The notes below the pieces were generated by a model. The model searched no databases, was not told where the DNA came from, and worked only from the letters and a program-made list of their open reading frames with translations. Position numbers and translations under genes: made by a program. From contig CAIKZP010000031.1 of the NCBI GenBank assembly GCA_903831935.1, positions 10,401-74,400 on the forward strand: 64,000 nucleotides of DNA, written 5' to 3'. This stretch comes from an uncultured Bacteroidota bacterium. Its GTDB lineage: Bacteria; Bacteroidota; Bacteroidia; Chitinophagales; Chitinophagaceae. Shown piece by piece: positions 46,363 to 56,845 of this stretch; position 1 is the stretch's first letter; each line of letters starts with the position of its first letter.

Positions 46363-48597
46363 TTGCGCAATAAAATTATTTCTCTCAGCCTTATTAGTCT
46401 AGCAGTTTTTAGTTGCTTGTTTACCATGCAAAACTGTCAAACAAAAACAGATACTATTGAAAATATTGCAGCAGGACCGAATGCCATAGTTGGCGACCAA
46501 CAGTGTAAATCTTGTCATGCCAAGCAATACAATGACTGGATTAAATCAGACCATTTTAAAGCCATTCAAAAACCAACAGATAGTACGGTATTAGGTAATT
46601 TTAATAACGCAGGATTTAATGCCGATGGAGTAACATCTCATTTCTATAAAAAGGATAGTACGTTTTATATCAATACCCAAGGAGACGATGGAAAAAACCA
46701 CGACTATCCTATAAAATACACATTTGGTTTTTATCCATTACAACAATACTTGGTTGAATTTCCAGGAGGCAAATTACAGGCCACGCGTTTAAGCTGGGAT
46801 AGCAAACAAAATAAATGGTTTCACCAATATCCTTCACAAAAAATTGATGCGCACGATTGGTTGCACTGGACGGGCAATGCACAAAACTGGAATACCATGT
46901 GTGCTGTATGTCATAGCACCAATCTTAAAAAGAATTATGATATAGAAAAGGATACTTATAATACTAGCTTCGATGTATTGAATGTAAGTTGCGAAGCCTG
47001 TCATGGCCCAGGAAAAAACCATATTGCATACATAGGAACAGCCGATTATCAAAAAGGAAATAAAATTAAAAACTCCTTATTGCAATTGGCAAAAAACAGC
47101 AAGCAATTAGACCAAATTAATACTTGTGCTCCATGCCATTCTTTGCAAACTGGCATAGCAGCCGATCAAACAAATAGCGCTGAATTACTCGACAACTATA
47201 TCCCCCAAATACCTAATACAGAAAGGTTTCATGCCGATGGTCAAGTAAATGACGAAGACTATACTTATGCTTCTTTTTTACAAAGTAAAATGTTTTCGAG
47301 AGGAGTGGAATGTAGTAGTTGCCATAACCCACATTCTGGAAAATTAATTTTACCAGGCAATCAAACTTGTATTAGCTGTCATGCAAAAACATATGATTCG
47401 CCATCGCACCATTTTCATACTACCAATACTGCAGGAGCTGAATGCAAAAACTGTCATGCTCCAAGTAAAATTTATATGGGTAACGATGTTAGATACGACC
47501 ATGCATTTCGCGTTCCCCGACCCGACTTATCTGTGCAATACGCTACCCCAAATGCTTGTACCAATTGCCACAAAGAAAAAACAGCTAAATGGGCTGCAGA
47601 CGCTGTTGTAAAATGGTATGGCCCTAAACGCATTTACCATTTTGCAGAAGACCTTATTCCGGGTAGTCAACTCAATGAAAAAAGCGAAGCGCATTTATTA
47701 AAATTATGGGCCGATACTTCGGTGCCAAAAATTATTAAAGCCACTGCTATTAATTATTTGGGAAGTATTCACACAGTAACTAGTTTGAATACCCTACTCG
47801 ATGCCTTAAAAAATAATGACGCCCAAATTAAGTACGAAGCACTAAGAAGTTTATTGGCATTTAGCAATGAAATTCAAGATAAAAATACGGTTGCTGCTTT
47901 ACTCAACGACAAAGTAAGAGCCGTGCGTATTGCCGCTGCTGCCCTAGTAAATAGTTTTGGAAAAAATGGCGTACCCGAACAATATTTAAGCGCCTATCAA
48001 AATGCAAAAGGCGAACAAGAAAAAAGTTTATTGTATCAAGCAGATTTTGCACATGGCAATATTGCTATTGGCGATTTTTACCAACAAAACGAAAATTTTC
48101 CTGCAGCAGAAAAATTCTATTTAAGAGCCATACAAAAAGATAGTCTAGCCAATCTTGCACGATTGCAATTGGCTGTTGCCTATAGTACCCAAGGAAAAAA
48201 CAATGCAGCACTAGACATTTTAAAAATGGCCATTCATACCGATCCAAAAAATGAAACGGCCTGGTATAATATTGCTTTATTGTATAGCGAACTAAAAGAC
48301 AACAAACATTCATTAGAGTCTTTTGATAAAGCCTACCAACTCAAATCATTAAACCCAAGTGTGTATTATAATTACGGACTATTGTTGCAACAAAATAGTC
48401 AAGCAAAAAAAGCCATTGAAGTTTTATTACAAGGATTCAAAATAAATCCTACCGATGAAAAAATCAATTACGCACTTGCCTATGTATATGTACAAAACAA
48501 ACAAGCAAGCAAAGCCATGGAATACGCAAGGTTATTAAAAAATAATCAGCCAAACAATCCAGAATACGAAGGACTATTTAAAGTATTAGGACTCTAA
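46363..48597 (+). CDS. Octaheme c-type cytochrome fused to HEAT/TPR repeats
   Basis: Eight CxxCH motifs: CKSCH, CAVCH, CEACH, CAPCH, CSSCH, CISCH, CKNCH, CTNCH. The C-terminal ~330 aa are helical repeats. A TTG start is needed to retain the signal peptide 'MRNKIISLSLISLAVFSC'. Confidence 0.8.
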   Translation: MRNKIISLSLISLAVFSCLFTMQNCQTKTDTIENIAAGPNAIVGDQQCKSCHAKQYNDWIKSDHFKAIQKPTDSTVLGNFNNAGFNADGVTSHFYKKDSTFYINTQGDDGKNHDYPIKYTFGFYPLQQYLVEFPGGKLQATRLSWDSKQNKWFHQYPSQKIDAHDWLHWTGNAQNWNTMCAVCHSTNLKKNYDIEKDTYNTSFDVLNVSCEACHGPGKNHIAYIGTADYQKGNKIKNSLLQLAKNSKQLDQINTCAPCHSLQTGIAADQTNSAELLDNYIPQIPNTERFHADGQVNDEDYTYASFLQSKMFSRGVECSSCHNPHSGKLILPGNQTCISCHAKTYDSPSHHFHTTNTAGAECKNCHAPSKIYMGNDVRYDHAFRVPRPDLSVQYATPNACTNCHKEKTAKWAADAVVKWYGPKRIYHFAEDLIPGSQLNEKSEAHLLKLWADTSVPKIIKATAINYLGSIHTVTSLNTLLDALKNNDAQIKYEALRSLLAFSNEIQDKNTVAALLNDKVRAVRIAAAALVNSFGKNGVPEQYLSAYQNAKGEQEKSLLYQADFAHGNIAIGDFYQQNENFPAAEKFYLRAIQKDSLANLARLQLAVAYSTQGKNNAALDILKMAIHTDPKNETAWYNIALLYSELKDNKHSLESFDKAYQLKSLNPSVYYNYGLLLQQNSQAKKAIEVLLQGFKINPTDEKINYALAYVYVQNKQASKAMEYARLLKNNQPNNPEYEGLFKVLGL

Positions 48598-48607
48598 TTG
48601 AAAAGCA

Positions 48608-49462
48608 TTACATGCTAAAATTCTTCAAATAAGTTGCGTCAATTTTAGCGCTATCTATTGGATTTGAGCCAGTGAATGCTTCTTGCTCAACTACATAGTA
48701 TTTTAATCCGCTATCAGTGCCCGCTTTTAAAATTTTCTTGAAATCTATTACGCCTTTACCTAAATGGCAAGACTCGTGACCATCTTTAATAATTGCTTGG
48801 TCTTTAACATGACACAAACGGAATCGGTTAGGATATTTTTTAAAATATGCCAATGGATCTGCACCAGCTGCAACCACCCAATAAATATCCATTTCAAAAT
48901 CTACTGTGTCTTTATCGGTATTATCCATCATCACGTCTTGTGGAACTAAGCCATTCATGGCTTTGAAAGAATAATCGTGGTTGTGATACGCAAAGCGAAT
49001 ACCATTTGCTTTAGCTATTTTACCACATTTATTAAACTCGTCTGCAAACTTTTTAAATGTATCAATACTTGGCTGCGGACCTTTGTATGGACAAATCAAA
49101 TACTTCATACCAATGGCTGCGGCTTCTGCTGCTTTGCGTTCAAAATTTTCTTCTATTTTACAATGAGATGAAATAATAGTCATACCCAAATCATCCATGT
49201 ATTTTTTAAAGTCTTTGTGGTCCATTCCCCAAAAAATACCTTTATCACCTTCAAAACTTTCAATTTGTTTGTAACCAAAAGACGCAATTTTTTTAAGCGT
49301 TCCTTTTGGATCTGCTAACATATCTTCTTTAACCGTCCACAATTGCAATCCAAAAGCAGGTAATTTATTAGCAGCGAATAGGCTGTTTCCAGAAAAAGGC
49401 AAAGACATTCCTGCTGCTGCAAAAGCACTCATTTTTAAAAAATCACGACGATTATTATGCAT
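48608..49462 (-). CDS. Tat-exported xylose-isomerase-like TIM-barrel protein (sugar phosphate isomerase/epimerase family)
   Basis: 'NNRRDFLKMSAFAAAG' Tat signal. TIM-barrel metal-ligand pattern 'YHNHDYSF' and 'DIYW'. Confidence 0.75.
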   Translation of the reverse strand: MHNNRRDFLKMSAFAAAGMSLPFSGNSLFAANKLPAFGLQLWTVKEDMLADPKGTLKKIASFGYKQIESFEGDKGIFWGMDHKDFKKYMDDLGMTIISSHCKIEENFERKAAEAAAIGMKYLICPYKGPQPSIDTFKKFADEFNKCGKIAKANGIRFAYHNHDYSFKAMNGLVPQDVMMDNTDKDTVDFEMDIYWVVAAGADPLAYFKKYPNRFRLCHVKDQAIIKDGHESCHLGKGVIDFKKILKAGTDSGLKYYVVEQEAFTGSNPIDSAKIDATYLKNFSM

Positions 49463-49514
49463 ACAAACAAATTTTAAAGTTCTTTAAGTAATTAGTTTTC
49501 TAACAGTATTTAAA

Positions 49515-50084
49515 CTAGGTAGCCCAAGCTTTGTCTCCTTTGTTGTAAGGAATACAGCCTTCGTATTTTCCAGGAACGGCTACATAACGCAAAGCTTTGG
49601 TAGCGCCAATTTCTGAAGTGAAAAAGCCCAATAGGGTTAACTCTTTCATCATTTTAAAATAATGCGTTGGATCAGTTTCTTTTTTTGCTTTTTGATAGGC
49701 TTTCGCTTCTTTGTCAAGGGCTACTAAAATTTCGTGTCTTTGTTGTGGCGTACTATTTAAAAAAGTTTTACCCGAAAATTTAGTACTTGCCTCGTCTAAT
49801 TTTTTAATCCCCTCCATGAAAATAATTTGGTCTTTATTTTCATAGCAGTCTGTAACGTACAAACTCATAAATTCTCCTACTTTAGCATCCTTTGCACCAG
49901 GAGTTGCCGTAGCAGGAAGAATGGTTTCGGCCATTTCATTTAAAAAATTAATATGGTCGAGTGTAAACTTGATACTTGATGATCCTTTATCGCTGAGTTT
50001 ACAGCCAGACATAAATGCTTCTGCGCCTAAAAGTGTTCCGCCCATTAATAAGGCAACACTTGAAATGGCTTCTCTTCTGTTCAT
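49515..50084 (-). CDS. Gluconate 2-dehydrogenase subunit 3-like small subunit (Tat signal)
   Basis: 'MNRREAISSVALLMGGTLLGAEA' Tat signal. 'ETILPATATPGAKDAKVGEF' is the family signature. Lies immediately downstream of the GMC flavoprotein. Confidence 0.75.
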   Translation of the reverse strand: MNRREAISSVALLMGGTLLGAEAFMSGCKLSDKGSSSIKFTLDHINFLNEMAETILPATATPGAKDAKVGEFMSLYVTDCYENKDQIIFMEGIKKLDEASTKFSGKTFLNSTPQQRHEILVALDKEAKAYQKAKKETDPTHYFKMMKELTLLGFFTSEIGATKALRYVAVPGKYEGCIPYNKGDKAWAT

Positions 50085-50127
50085 TCAATTTATTTTTAAA
50101 ATAATTTATAATGCTTTTCTGAACGAA

Positions 50128-51807
50128 TTATAAGTTTTGTTTTTTTAATTCTTCCACTGCAAATGCAGCAGCTCTAGCAGTAAATGCCATATACGTTAAA
50201 GATGGATTTACACAAGAAGCAGAAGTCATAAAAGCGCCATCTGTAACAAACACATTTGGTGCATCCCAAACTTGGTTATGACTATTCACTACCGATGTTT
50301 TAGCATCTTTACCCATACGAGCAGTACCCATTTCGTGAATACCTTTTCCTGGAGTACCATCGCCTTCGCGCGCTTTGATATCTTTTACACCAGCCGCTTC
50401 TAACATTTCAACTGCATCTGCAACAATATCCTTGCGCATTTTTAATTCATTGTCTTTTAATTCGCAGTCAATCGACAAAACATGCATGCCAAATTTGTCT
50501 TTTTTATTTTTATCGATGGATATTTTATTCTCGTGATAAGGCAACATTTCACCAAATCCACCAAGATTCATCGTCCAGCCACCTGGCTCTGTCATTGCAT
50601 CTTTAAACTCTGCGCCTATGCTATATTCTGCAATGGCATGACCACCTGTTTGTCTGCTACCACCACCTTGGAATCCAAATCCTCTAACATAATCGCGTTT
50701 GTCATTTCCGTAGTTACGATACCTTGGCACATAAATACCATTGGCCCTTCTTCCAAAATAATATTTGTCTTCGTAGCCGTCTACTTTTCCACTAGCGCCA
50801 TTACCTAAATGGTGATCCATTAAATTATGTCCTAACTCTCCGCTGCTGCTACCCAAACCTTCAGGCCAAACATCGGTTGCAGAGTTCATTAAAATCCAAG
50901 ACGTATTTAATGTGCCTGCATTTAAGAAAACGATTTTCGATTTGTATTCAATGGTTTGGTTGGTTTCAGAATCCAACACTTCAACACCAGTTGCTCTTTT
51001 TTTATCTTTATCGTACAACACTTTTGTAACAATAGAAAAAGGACGTAGCGTTAAATTTCCTGTTTTTTCTGCCGCTGGAAGTGTAGAAGATTGGGTACTA
51101 AAATATCCGCCGAACGGACAACCCAACCAACATTTATTTCTAAACTGACAATTAGTTCTTCCTTCGTGTGGAACAGTTAAATTAGCCGTACGACCAATAA
51201 TCATACTTCTCTCGCCTTTGTAATGGGCTTTAATTCTGGCGGCAACATCTTTCTCCACGCAAGTCATATCCATTGGAGGTAAAAATTGTCCGTCAGGCAA
51301 AACAGCCAAGCCATCTTTATTACCACTAATACCCGCAAATTTTTCTACATGGTCGTACCAAGGTGCAATGTCTTTGTAACGAACTGCCCAATCAACGCCA
51401 TGACCATCTTTTGCATTGGCTTCAAAATCGGTATCACTCCAACGATAACTTTGACGTCCCCAGGTTAATGATTTTCCACCTACATGGTATCCACGAAACC
51501 AATAAAATGGTTTTACTTCTGTATAAGGATGTTCTGTATCCTTACACCAAAAGTCGAGGTTCATTTCGTTTAAAGGATAGTCTCTTTTTAAATTCGGATA
51601 ATCCTTAATCATTTGTTGGGTTCTTTTACCACGGTGTGGAAAATCCCAAGCTTCTTTATTAGCAGATACGTAGTCTTTAATGTGTTCAATATTGCGTCCT
51701 CTTTCAAGTAACAATACTTTCAAACCTTTCTCGGTTAATTCTTTTGCAGCCCAGCCACCGCTGATACCAGAACCCACTACAATTGCATCATATGTTTGTT
51801 CAGCCAT
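50128..51807 (-). CDS. GMC family FAD-dependent oxidoreductase (no own signal peptide)
   Basis: 'YDAIVVGSGISGGWAAKELTEKG' FAD-binding fold at the extreme N-terminus. C-terminal 'HEMGTARMG' and 'NVFVTDGA'. Confidence 0.85.
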   Translation of the reverse strand: MAEQTYDAIVVGSGISGGWAAKELTEKGLKVLLLERGRNIEHIKDYVSANKEAWDFPHRGKRTQQMIKDYPNLKRDYPLNEMNLDFWCKDTEHPYTEVKPFYWFRGYHVGGKSLTWGRQSYRWSDTDFEANAKDGHGVDWAVRYKDIAPWYDHVEKFAGISGNKDGLAVLPDGQFLPPMDMTCVEKDVAARIKAHYKGERSMIIGRTANLTVPHEGRTNCQFRNKCWLGCPFGGYFSTQSSTLPAAEKTGNLTLRPFSIVTKVLYDKDKKRATGVEVLDSETNQTIEYKSKIVFLNAGTLNTSWILMNSATDVWPEGLGSSSGELGHNLMDHHLGNGASGKVDGYEDKYYFGRRANGIYVPRYRNYGNDKRDYVRGFGFQGGGSRQTGGHAIAEYSIGAEFKDAMTEPGGWTMNLGGFGEMLPYHENKISIDKNKKDKFGMHVLSIDCELKDNELKMRKDIVADAVEMLEAAGVKDIKAREGDGTPGKGIHEMGTARMGKDAKTSVVNSHNQVWDAPNVFVTDGAFMTSASCVNPSLTYMAFTARAAAFAVEELKKQNL

Positions 51808-51827
51808 TATTGATAGAATTTTATTTT

Positions 51828-52712
51828 TTAAATATCACAAATTTGAACTGCCTTGCGTAATGAATCTATTTTATCAACTGCTTTAGGAATGAATTCCTGT
51901 GCTACATAGCCTTTATAACCTGTGGCATGAATTGCTTTCATTATTGCAGGATAATATAGTTCTTGTGTTTCGTCAATTTCATTTCTACCAGGTACACCGC
52001 CAGTATGGTAATGACCAAAATAAGAATTGTAAGAGCGAATAGTACTTATTACATCTCCCTCATCAATTTGCATGTGATAGATATCGTACAACAATTTAAA
52101 ATTAGGAGAGCCAATTCTTTTACAAAGTTCCACACCCCATGCAGAACGGTCGCACATATAATCTTTGTGATTGACTTTACTGTTGAGTAATTCCATTACA
52201 ATGATTACGCCATTTTTTTCGGCTTGTGCCATAATTTGCTTTAAACCTTCAGCACAATTTTGCAAACCAGTTTCGTCGTCCATTCCATTTCTATTACCAC
52301 TTGCACAAAACAAATTGGTATACCCTGCTTTTGCAACAAGATCAATATGTTCTGTGTAATTACTAATTAGTTTGGCGTGGTACTGTTTGTCGTTCCATCC
52401 TTTGGCAAGGCTAATTTCAGCGCCATTGCACATAGTAGAAATTAGGTTGTAATTTTTTAGTGTTGGCCAGTCTTTAGGACCCACCAAATCTATTCCTACC
52501 AACCCAATTTCTTTACCAGCAGCACAAAGTTGTTCTAATGGAATATCATTGTAGCACCAACGGCAAGCAGAATGATTAATATTTCCTTTTAATGGCGGAT
52601 TACTTGGTTTCATATCACTAGAAAAAGATGATAAACTTGCGCCAGCAGCTAATGCCGCAGAGCCTGTAAAAATATTTTTAATAGCAGTTCTTCTGCTTGG
52701 TTTGTTTGACAT
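51828..52712 (-). CDS. Tat-exported TIM-barrel protein (hydroxypyruvate-isomerase/xylose-isomerase-like)
   Basis: 'SRRTAIKNIFTGSAALAAGASL' Tat signal, 'VMELLN', 'DIYHMQ' and 'GHYHTGG'. Confidence 0.75.
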   Translation of the reverse strand: MSNKPSRRTAIKNIFTGSAALAAGASLSSFSSDMKPSNPPLKGNINHSACRWCYNDIPLEQLCAAGKEIGLVGIDLVGPKDWPTLKNYNLISTMCNGAEISLAKGWNDKQYHAKLISNYTEHIDLVAKAGYTNLFCASGNRNGMDDETGLQNCAEGLKQIMAQAEKNGVIIVMELLNSKVNHKDYMCDRSAWGVELCKRIGSPNFKLLYDIYHMQIDEGDVISTIRSYNSYFGHYHTGGVPGRNEIDETQELYYPAIMKAIHATGYKGYVAQEFIPKAVDKIDSLRKAVQICDI

Positions 52713-52743
52713 TTTAAATAAATTATTAGATATGAATATTCAA

Positions 52744-53979
52744 TTATGCCGCTTGCGCACTACTATTTTTTTTGCCACGCATATAGAAAAATAAACCAAT
52801 AAACGCTACAGCCAAAACAATTGGAATGATTAAGGTTACATTGATAATTTCTGGGCCCGCTGCTTTTTTTGCTAAATTCAAATCGTTGGCCACTTCAGGA
52901 AGTTTCAATTTTGCATTCACCAACTCATCGTAATATCCGCCCATAAACATGGTGTAAACCGATACGGCAAACATGCCAGCACCGCCCATAAAGTTCAAAC
53001 CAATAGCACCCGTTTTAGGTAAATTTTCGGCAACAAATCCTAACATGGTTGGCCAGAAATAACATACACCCATTCCAAAAATAATGGCGCCAACAAATAA
53101 CATATTTCCGCTTGTGTGTCCTAATAAGTATAAACCTACTGCAGCCAATACTGCAGAAATTACCAATACTCCTTGAGGCGAAAATTTATGAACCACTGGC
53201 TCAGCAAATGCACGTCCTAGAACCATTACACCCGTTTCAATGGTTAATAATAAAATGGCATTATCAGATACATTTTTTAACAAAACATCAATCCATTGGC
53301 CAGTAAATAGTTCAGTAATAGCTGTACCAAACATTAATATAATCATAAATAAAAACAAAGGATTTAAAACAGCTTTATACATTTCTGAAGTAGAAACTCC
53401 ACTAGCAACCCTTTCTGTAACAGGGAAACTTAGTTTGCTAAACAAATAGCCATATATAATAGTTGGAATAATCATAAGGGCAACTTGAAACTGCCAGCCA
53501 ATACCTATTTTGTCTAAAAAGAAAACCAACAAAGTTCCAATTACAATTCCACCAGGAAACCATAAATGAAAATGGTTCAGTTTGGTTGTTTTATTGTCGG
53601 AATAAATGGTAGCTACTAAAGGATTACAAGCAGCTTCAACAGTACCATTTGCAATTCCAACACAAAGCGTTGAAATAAATAAGCTCCAATATCCACCTGC
53701 AAAAATGGTTAATACAATTCCTATCAAATGAAAAGAAAAAGCAACAAGCAATAATTTTTTCATTCCAATAATATCAACAACCATTCCGCCAATAATTACT
53801 GCCAAAGGGAAACCCCAAAATGCAGTAGCGGCAATAGTGCCTAATTGACCAGCACTGAGTTGAAACTCAACACCTAGCCTGCCTAAAATGCCGGCTCTAA
53901 TTCCAAAAGATAAAGAGGTAACTAAAAGTGCCAGACAGCTGGCTACAAATAATTGGCTACGTTGTGGGTTTGTTTGCAT
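52744..53979 (-). CDS. MFS transporter (sugar-type)
   Basis: 12 predicted TM helices in a 6+6 arrangement. Located in the sugar oxidation cluster. Confidence 0.75.
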   Translation of the reverse strand: MQTNPQRSQLFVASCLALLVTSLSFGIRAGILGRLGVEFQLSAGQLGTIAATAFWGFPLAVIIGGMVVDIIGMKKLLLVAFSFHLIGIVLTIFAGGYWSLFISTLCVGIANGTVEAACNPLVATIYSDNKTTKLNHFHLWFPGGIVIGTLLVFFLDKIGIGWQFQVALMIIPTIIYGYLFSKLSFPVTERVASGVSTSEMYKAVLNPLFLFMIILMFGTAITELFTGQWIDVLLKNVSDNAILLLTIETGVMVLGRAFAEPVVHKFSPQGVLVISAVLAAVGLYLLGHTSGNMLFVGAIIFGMGVCYFWPTMLGFVAENLPKTGAIGLNFMGGAGMFAVSVYTMFMGGYYDELVNAKLKLPEVANDLNLAKKAAGPEIINVTLIIPIVLAVAFIGLFFYMRGKKNSSAQAA

Positions 53980-54161
53980 GTCGTTAGAGTTTAAAAGAAA
54001 AGTTTAGAAGTTAAATGTAATTTTTTATTTTTAAAACTTCGTTGATAAAAATTCGCTGATAATTATTTTTTTTTCGTCAGCTTTATACCAGAATAACAAT
54101 GGCGTCTTTATGACACCTAAAATAATGAATAAATTTTACTAAAATAATAAAGTAGATAGAG

Positions 54162-55328
54162 ATGAATAGAAAACTAAGAATGGGAATGATTGGTGGAGGC
54201 AAAGATGCCTTTATTGGAGCCATTCACCGATTTGCTGCTAATATGGATGGATTGATAGAAGTATCTGCAGGCGCACTCAGTACCAATCCCGAAAATGCCA
54301 TCGCTTCTGGAAAAATGTTGTTTCTTCCTGCAGATAGAACTTATTTGAATTACGAAGAAATGATTACCAAAGAAGCCGCATTACCTGCCAATGAGCGCAT
54401 TGATTTTGTAACCATTGTTACCCCAAATTTTGCCCACTTTGCTCCTGCAATGATGGCATTAGACCATGGCTTTCATGTGGTAATAGAAAAACCCATGACT
54501 TTTACTTTAGACGAAGCCAAACAATTACAAAAGAAAGTAGAAGAAACAGGTTTGCTTCTTTGCTTAACTCATACTTATGCTGGATACCCTTTGGTAAAAC
54601 AAGCACGTGCAATGGTTTCTGATGGCGTATTCGGAAAAATTAGAAAAGTATGGGTAGAGTATCCGCAAGGATGGCTAAGCAACTTATCAGAAAAAGAAGG
54701 CAATGCACAAGCAGCTTGGAGAACAGATCCTACAAAAAGCGGTAAATGCGGTTGTATGGGTGATATTGGCACACACGCAGCACACCTTGCAGAATATATT
54801 ACAGGTTTAGAAATTACTCATTTGTGTGCCGATTTAAATATTATGGTACCTGGCAGATTATTAGACGACGATGGTGGCGTTTTATTAAAGTTCAACAACG
54901 GTGCAGCAGGTGTTTTAATGGCATCGCAAGTGGCTGCAGGAGAAGAGAATGCATTAAAAATTAGGGTCTACGGCGAAAAAGGCGGTATAGAATGGGCACA
55001 ACACGAACCCAATACATTATTAGTTAAATGGCTAGATGCTCCTACTCAAATTTTACGTGCCGGAGGAAACTATGGCGACCGCTTAAGTAGTTATGCTATT
55101 AAAAACAGTAGAACACCCGGAGGACATCCAGAAGGTTATATAGAAGCCTTCGCAAATATCTATCATAATTTTGCCCAAACATTATCTGCAAAAATCGACG
55201 GCACTACACCAACACCAGAAGCATTGGATTTTCCTAATGTTGCCGATGGCGTAAGAGGCATGGCATTTATAGACAATGTTGTAGCATCGGCTCAATCGGA
55301 CATTAAATGGACTGCATACCAATTATAA
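54162..55328 (+). CDS. Gfo/Idh/MocA family oxidoreductase (cytoplasmic)
   Basis: 'LRMGMIGGGKDAFIG' Rossmann motif and 'VVIEKPMT' (EKP motif). No signal peptide. Confidence 0.85.
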   Translation: MNRKLRMGMIGGGKDAFIGAIHRFAANMDGLIEVSAGALSTNPENAIASGKMLFLPADRTYLNYEEMITKEAALPANERIDFVTIVTPNFAHFAPAMMALDHGFHVVIEKPMTFTLDEAKQLQKKVEETGLLLCLTHTYAGYPLVKQARAMVSDGVFGKIRKVWVEYPQGWLSNLSEKEGNAQAAWRTDPTKSGKCGCMGDIGTHAAHLAEYITGLEITHLCADLNIMVPGRLLDDDGGVLLKFNNGAAGVLMASQVAAGEENALKIRVYGEKGGIEWAQHEPNTLLVKWLDAPTQILRAGGNYGDRLSSYAIKNSRTPGGHPEGYIEAFANIYHNFAQTLSAKIDGTTPTPEALDFPNVADGVRGMAFIDNVVASAQSDIKWTAYQL

Positions 55329-55359
55329 TTTTACAACCAATTTCTTTTAAATAAATTCT

Positions 55360-56415
55360 ATGACAAACATAAAAGGGCCTGCTATTTTTTTAGCGCAATT
55401 TATGGGCGATACCGCACCATTTAATTCTTTAGATACCATTTGTGCATGGGCAAAAAGTTTGGGTTTTGAAGGTGTTCAAATTCCTAGTTGGGACCCTCGT
55501 TGCATCGACCTAAAAAAAGCAGCAGAAAGCAAAACTTATGCCGATGAAATTAAAGGTATCGTACAAGCTGCTGGCATGGAAATTACAGAATTGTCTACGC
55601 ACTTGCAAGGACAACTAGTAGCAGTAAATCCAGCATACGATGCCTTGTTTGATGGATTTGCACCCGAAGAAGTTAGAAACAATCCTACTGCAAGAACTGC
55701 ATGGGCGGTGCAACAATTAAACTATGCAGCACTAGCCTCTAAAAACCTAGGACTCAATGCTCACGCTACTTTCAGCGGCGCATTACTTTGGCATACAGTT
55801 TATCCTTGGCCACAAAGGCCCGCGGGTTTAGTAGAAACAGGATTCACCGAATTAGCCAAAAGATGGTTACCCATTTTAAATACGTTTGACGAAAACGGCG
55901 TAGACCTTTGTTATGAAATTCATCCTGGCGAAGATTTGCACGATGGCGTTAGTTACGAAATGTTTTTAGAAAAAGTAAACAACCATCCTCGTGCTAATTT
56001 ATTATACGATCCATCGCATTTTGTTTTACAGTGTTTAGATTATTTGTCATACATAGATTTTTATCATGAGCGAATTAAAATGTTTCATGTAAAAGATGCT
56101 GAGTTTAATCCAACGGGCAAACAAGGTGTGTACGGCGGGTATCAAAGTTGGATTAATCGTGCAGGACGTTTCCGTTCATTAGGAGATGGTCAAGTTGATT
56201 TCAAATCTATCTTTAGCAAATTGGCTGGCTATAATTATAAGGGATGGGCCGTAATGGAATGGGAATGTGCCATCAAGCATCCAGAAGCTGGCGCAGCAGA
56301 AGGTGCACCATTTATTAAAAACCATATTATACGTGTAACTGAAAAAGCATTTGATGATTTTGTAAGTACTGGATCAAATGAAGAATTTAATCGTAGCATT
56401 TTGGGAATTCATTAA
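55360..56415 (+). CDS. Xylose-isomerase-like TIM-barrel protein (cytoplasmic)
   Basis: 351 aa. 'CYEIHPGEDL', 'LYDPSHF' and 'FHVKDAE' are TIM-barrel metal-site motifs. Confidence 0.75.
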   Translation: MTNIKGPAIFLAQFMGDTAPFNSLDTICAWAKSLGFEGVQIPSWDPRCIDLKKAAESKTYADEIKGIVQAAGMEITELSTHLQGQLVAVNPAYDALFDGFAPEEVRNNPTARTAWAVQQLNYAALASKNLGLNAHATFSGALLWHTVYPWPQRPAGLVETGFTELAKRWLPILNTFDENGVDLCYEIHPGEDLHDGVSYEMFLEKVNNHPRANLLYDPSHFVLQCLDYLSYIDFYHERIKMFHVKDAEFNPTGKQGVYGGYQSWINRAGRFRSLGDGQVDFKSIFSKLAGYNYKGWAVMEWECAIKHPEAGAAEGAPFIKNHIIRVTEKAFDDFVSTGSNEEFNRSILGIH

Positions 56416-56450
56416 TAACTTTATTTTTTTTAATATAAAATCTATCTGAA

Positions 56451-56840
56451 TTGAAAAAGTATCTTTTAGCCATCGCTCTAGTAGTATTGATTGGCGCATG
56501 TAGCAGCAACAACAGTAATGAAAAAAAAGAAGCAGCATCAGTAAGTCCAGCACCAGTTGCCGACTTGAGTGCTAACCCCGATTACCAAAAAGGCTTGGCA
56601 TTGATTGCAAAATCAGACTGTTTAACTTGTCATAAAACCGATGCAAAATTAATTGGACCAGCATACAAAGATGTGTCTGCAAAATACGAACATACCGAAG
56701 CGAATATTGAATTACTAGCAGGTAAAATATTAAAAGGCGGCGGTGGCGTTTGGAGTCCGGTACCTATGACCCCGCACCCACAATTATCTTTAGAAGACGC
56801 TAAACAAATGGTTAAATATATTTTCTTACTCAACAAATAA
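56451..56840 (+). CDS. Monoheme class I c-type cytochrome, lipoprotein
   Basis: A TTG start gives 'MKKYLLAIALVVLIGACSS' (lipobox). Single 'CLTCH' motif, with distal Met in 'VPMTPHP'. Confidence 0.8.
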   Translation: MKKYLLAIALVVLIGACSSNNSNEKKEAASVSPAPVADLSANPDYQKGLALIAKSDCLTCHKTDAKLIGPAYKDVSAKYEHTEANIELLAGKILKGGGGVWSPVPMTPHPQLSLEDAKQMVKYIFLLNK

Positions 56841-56845
56841 AAACG

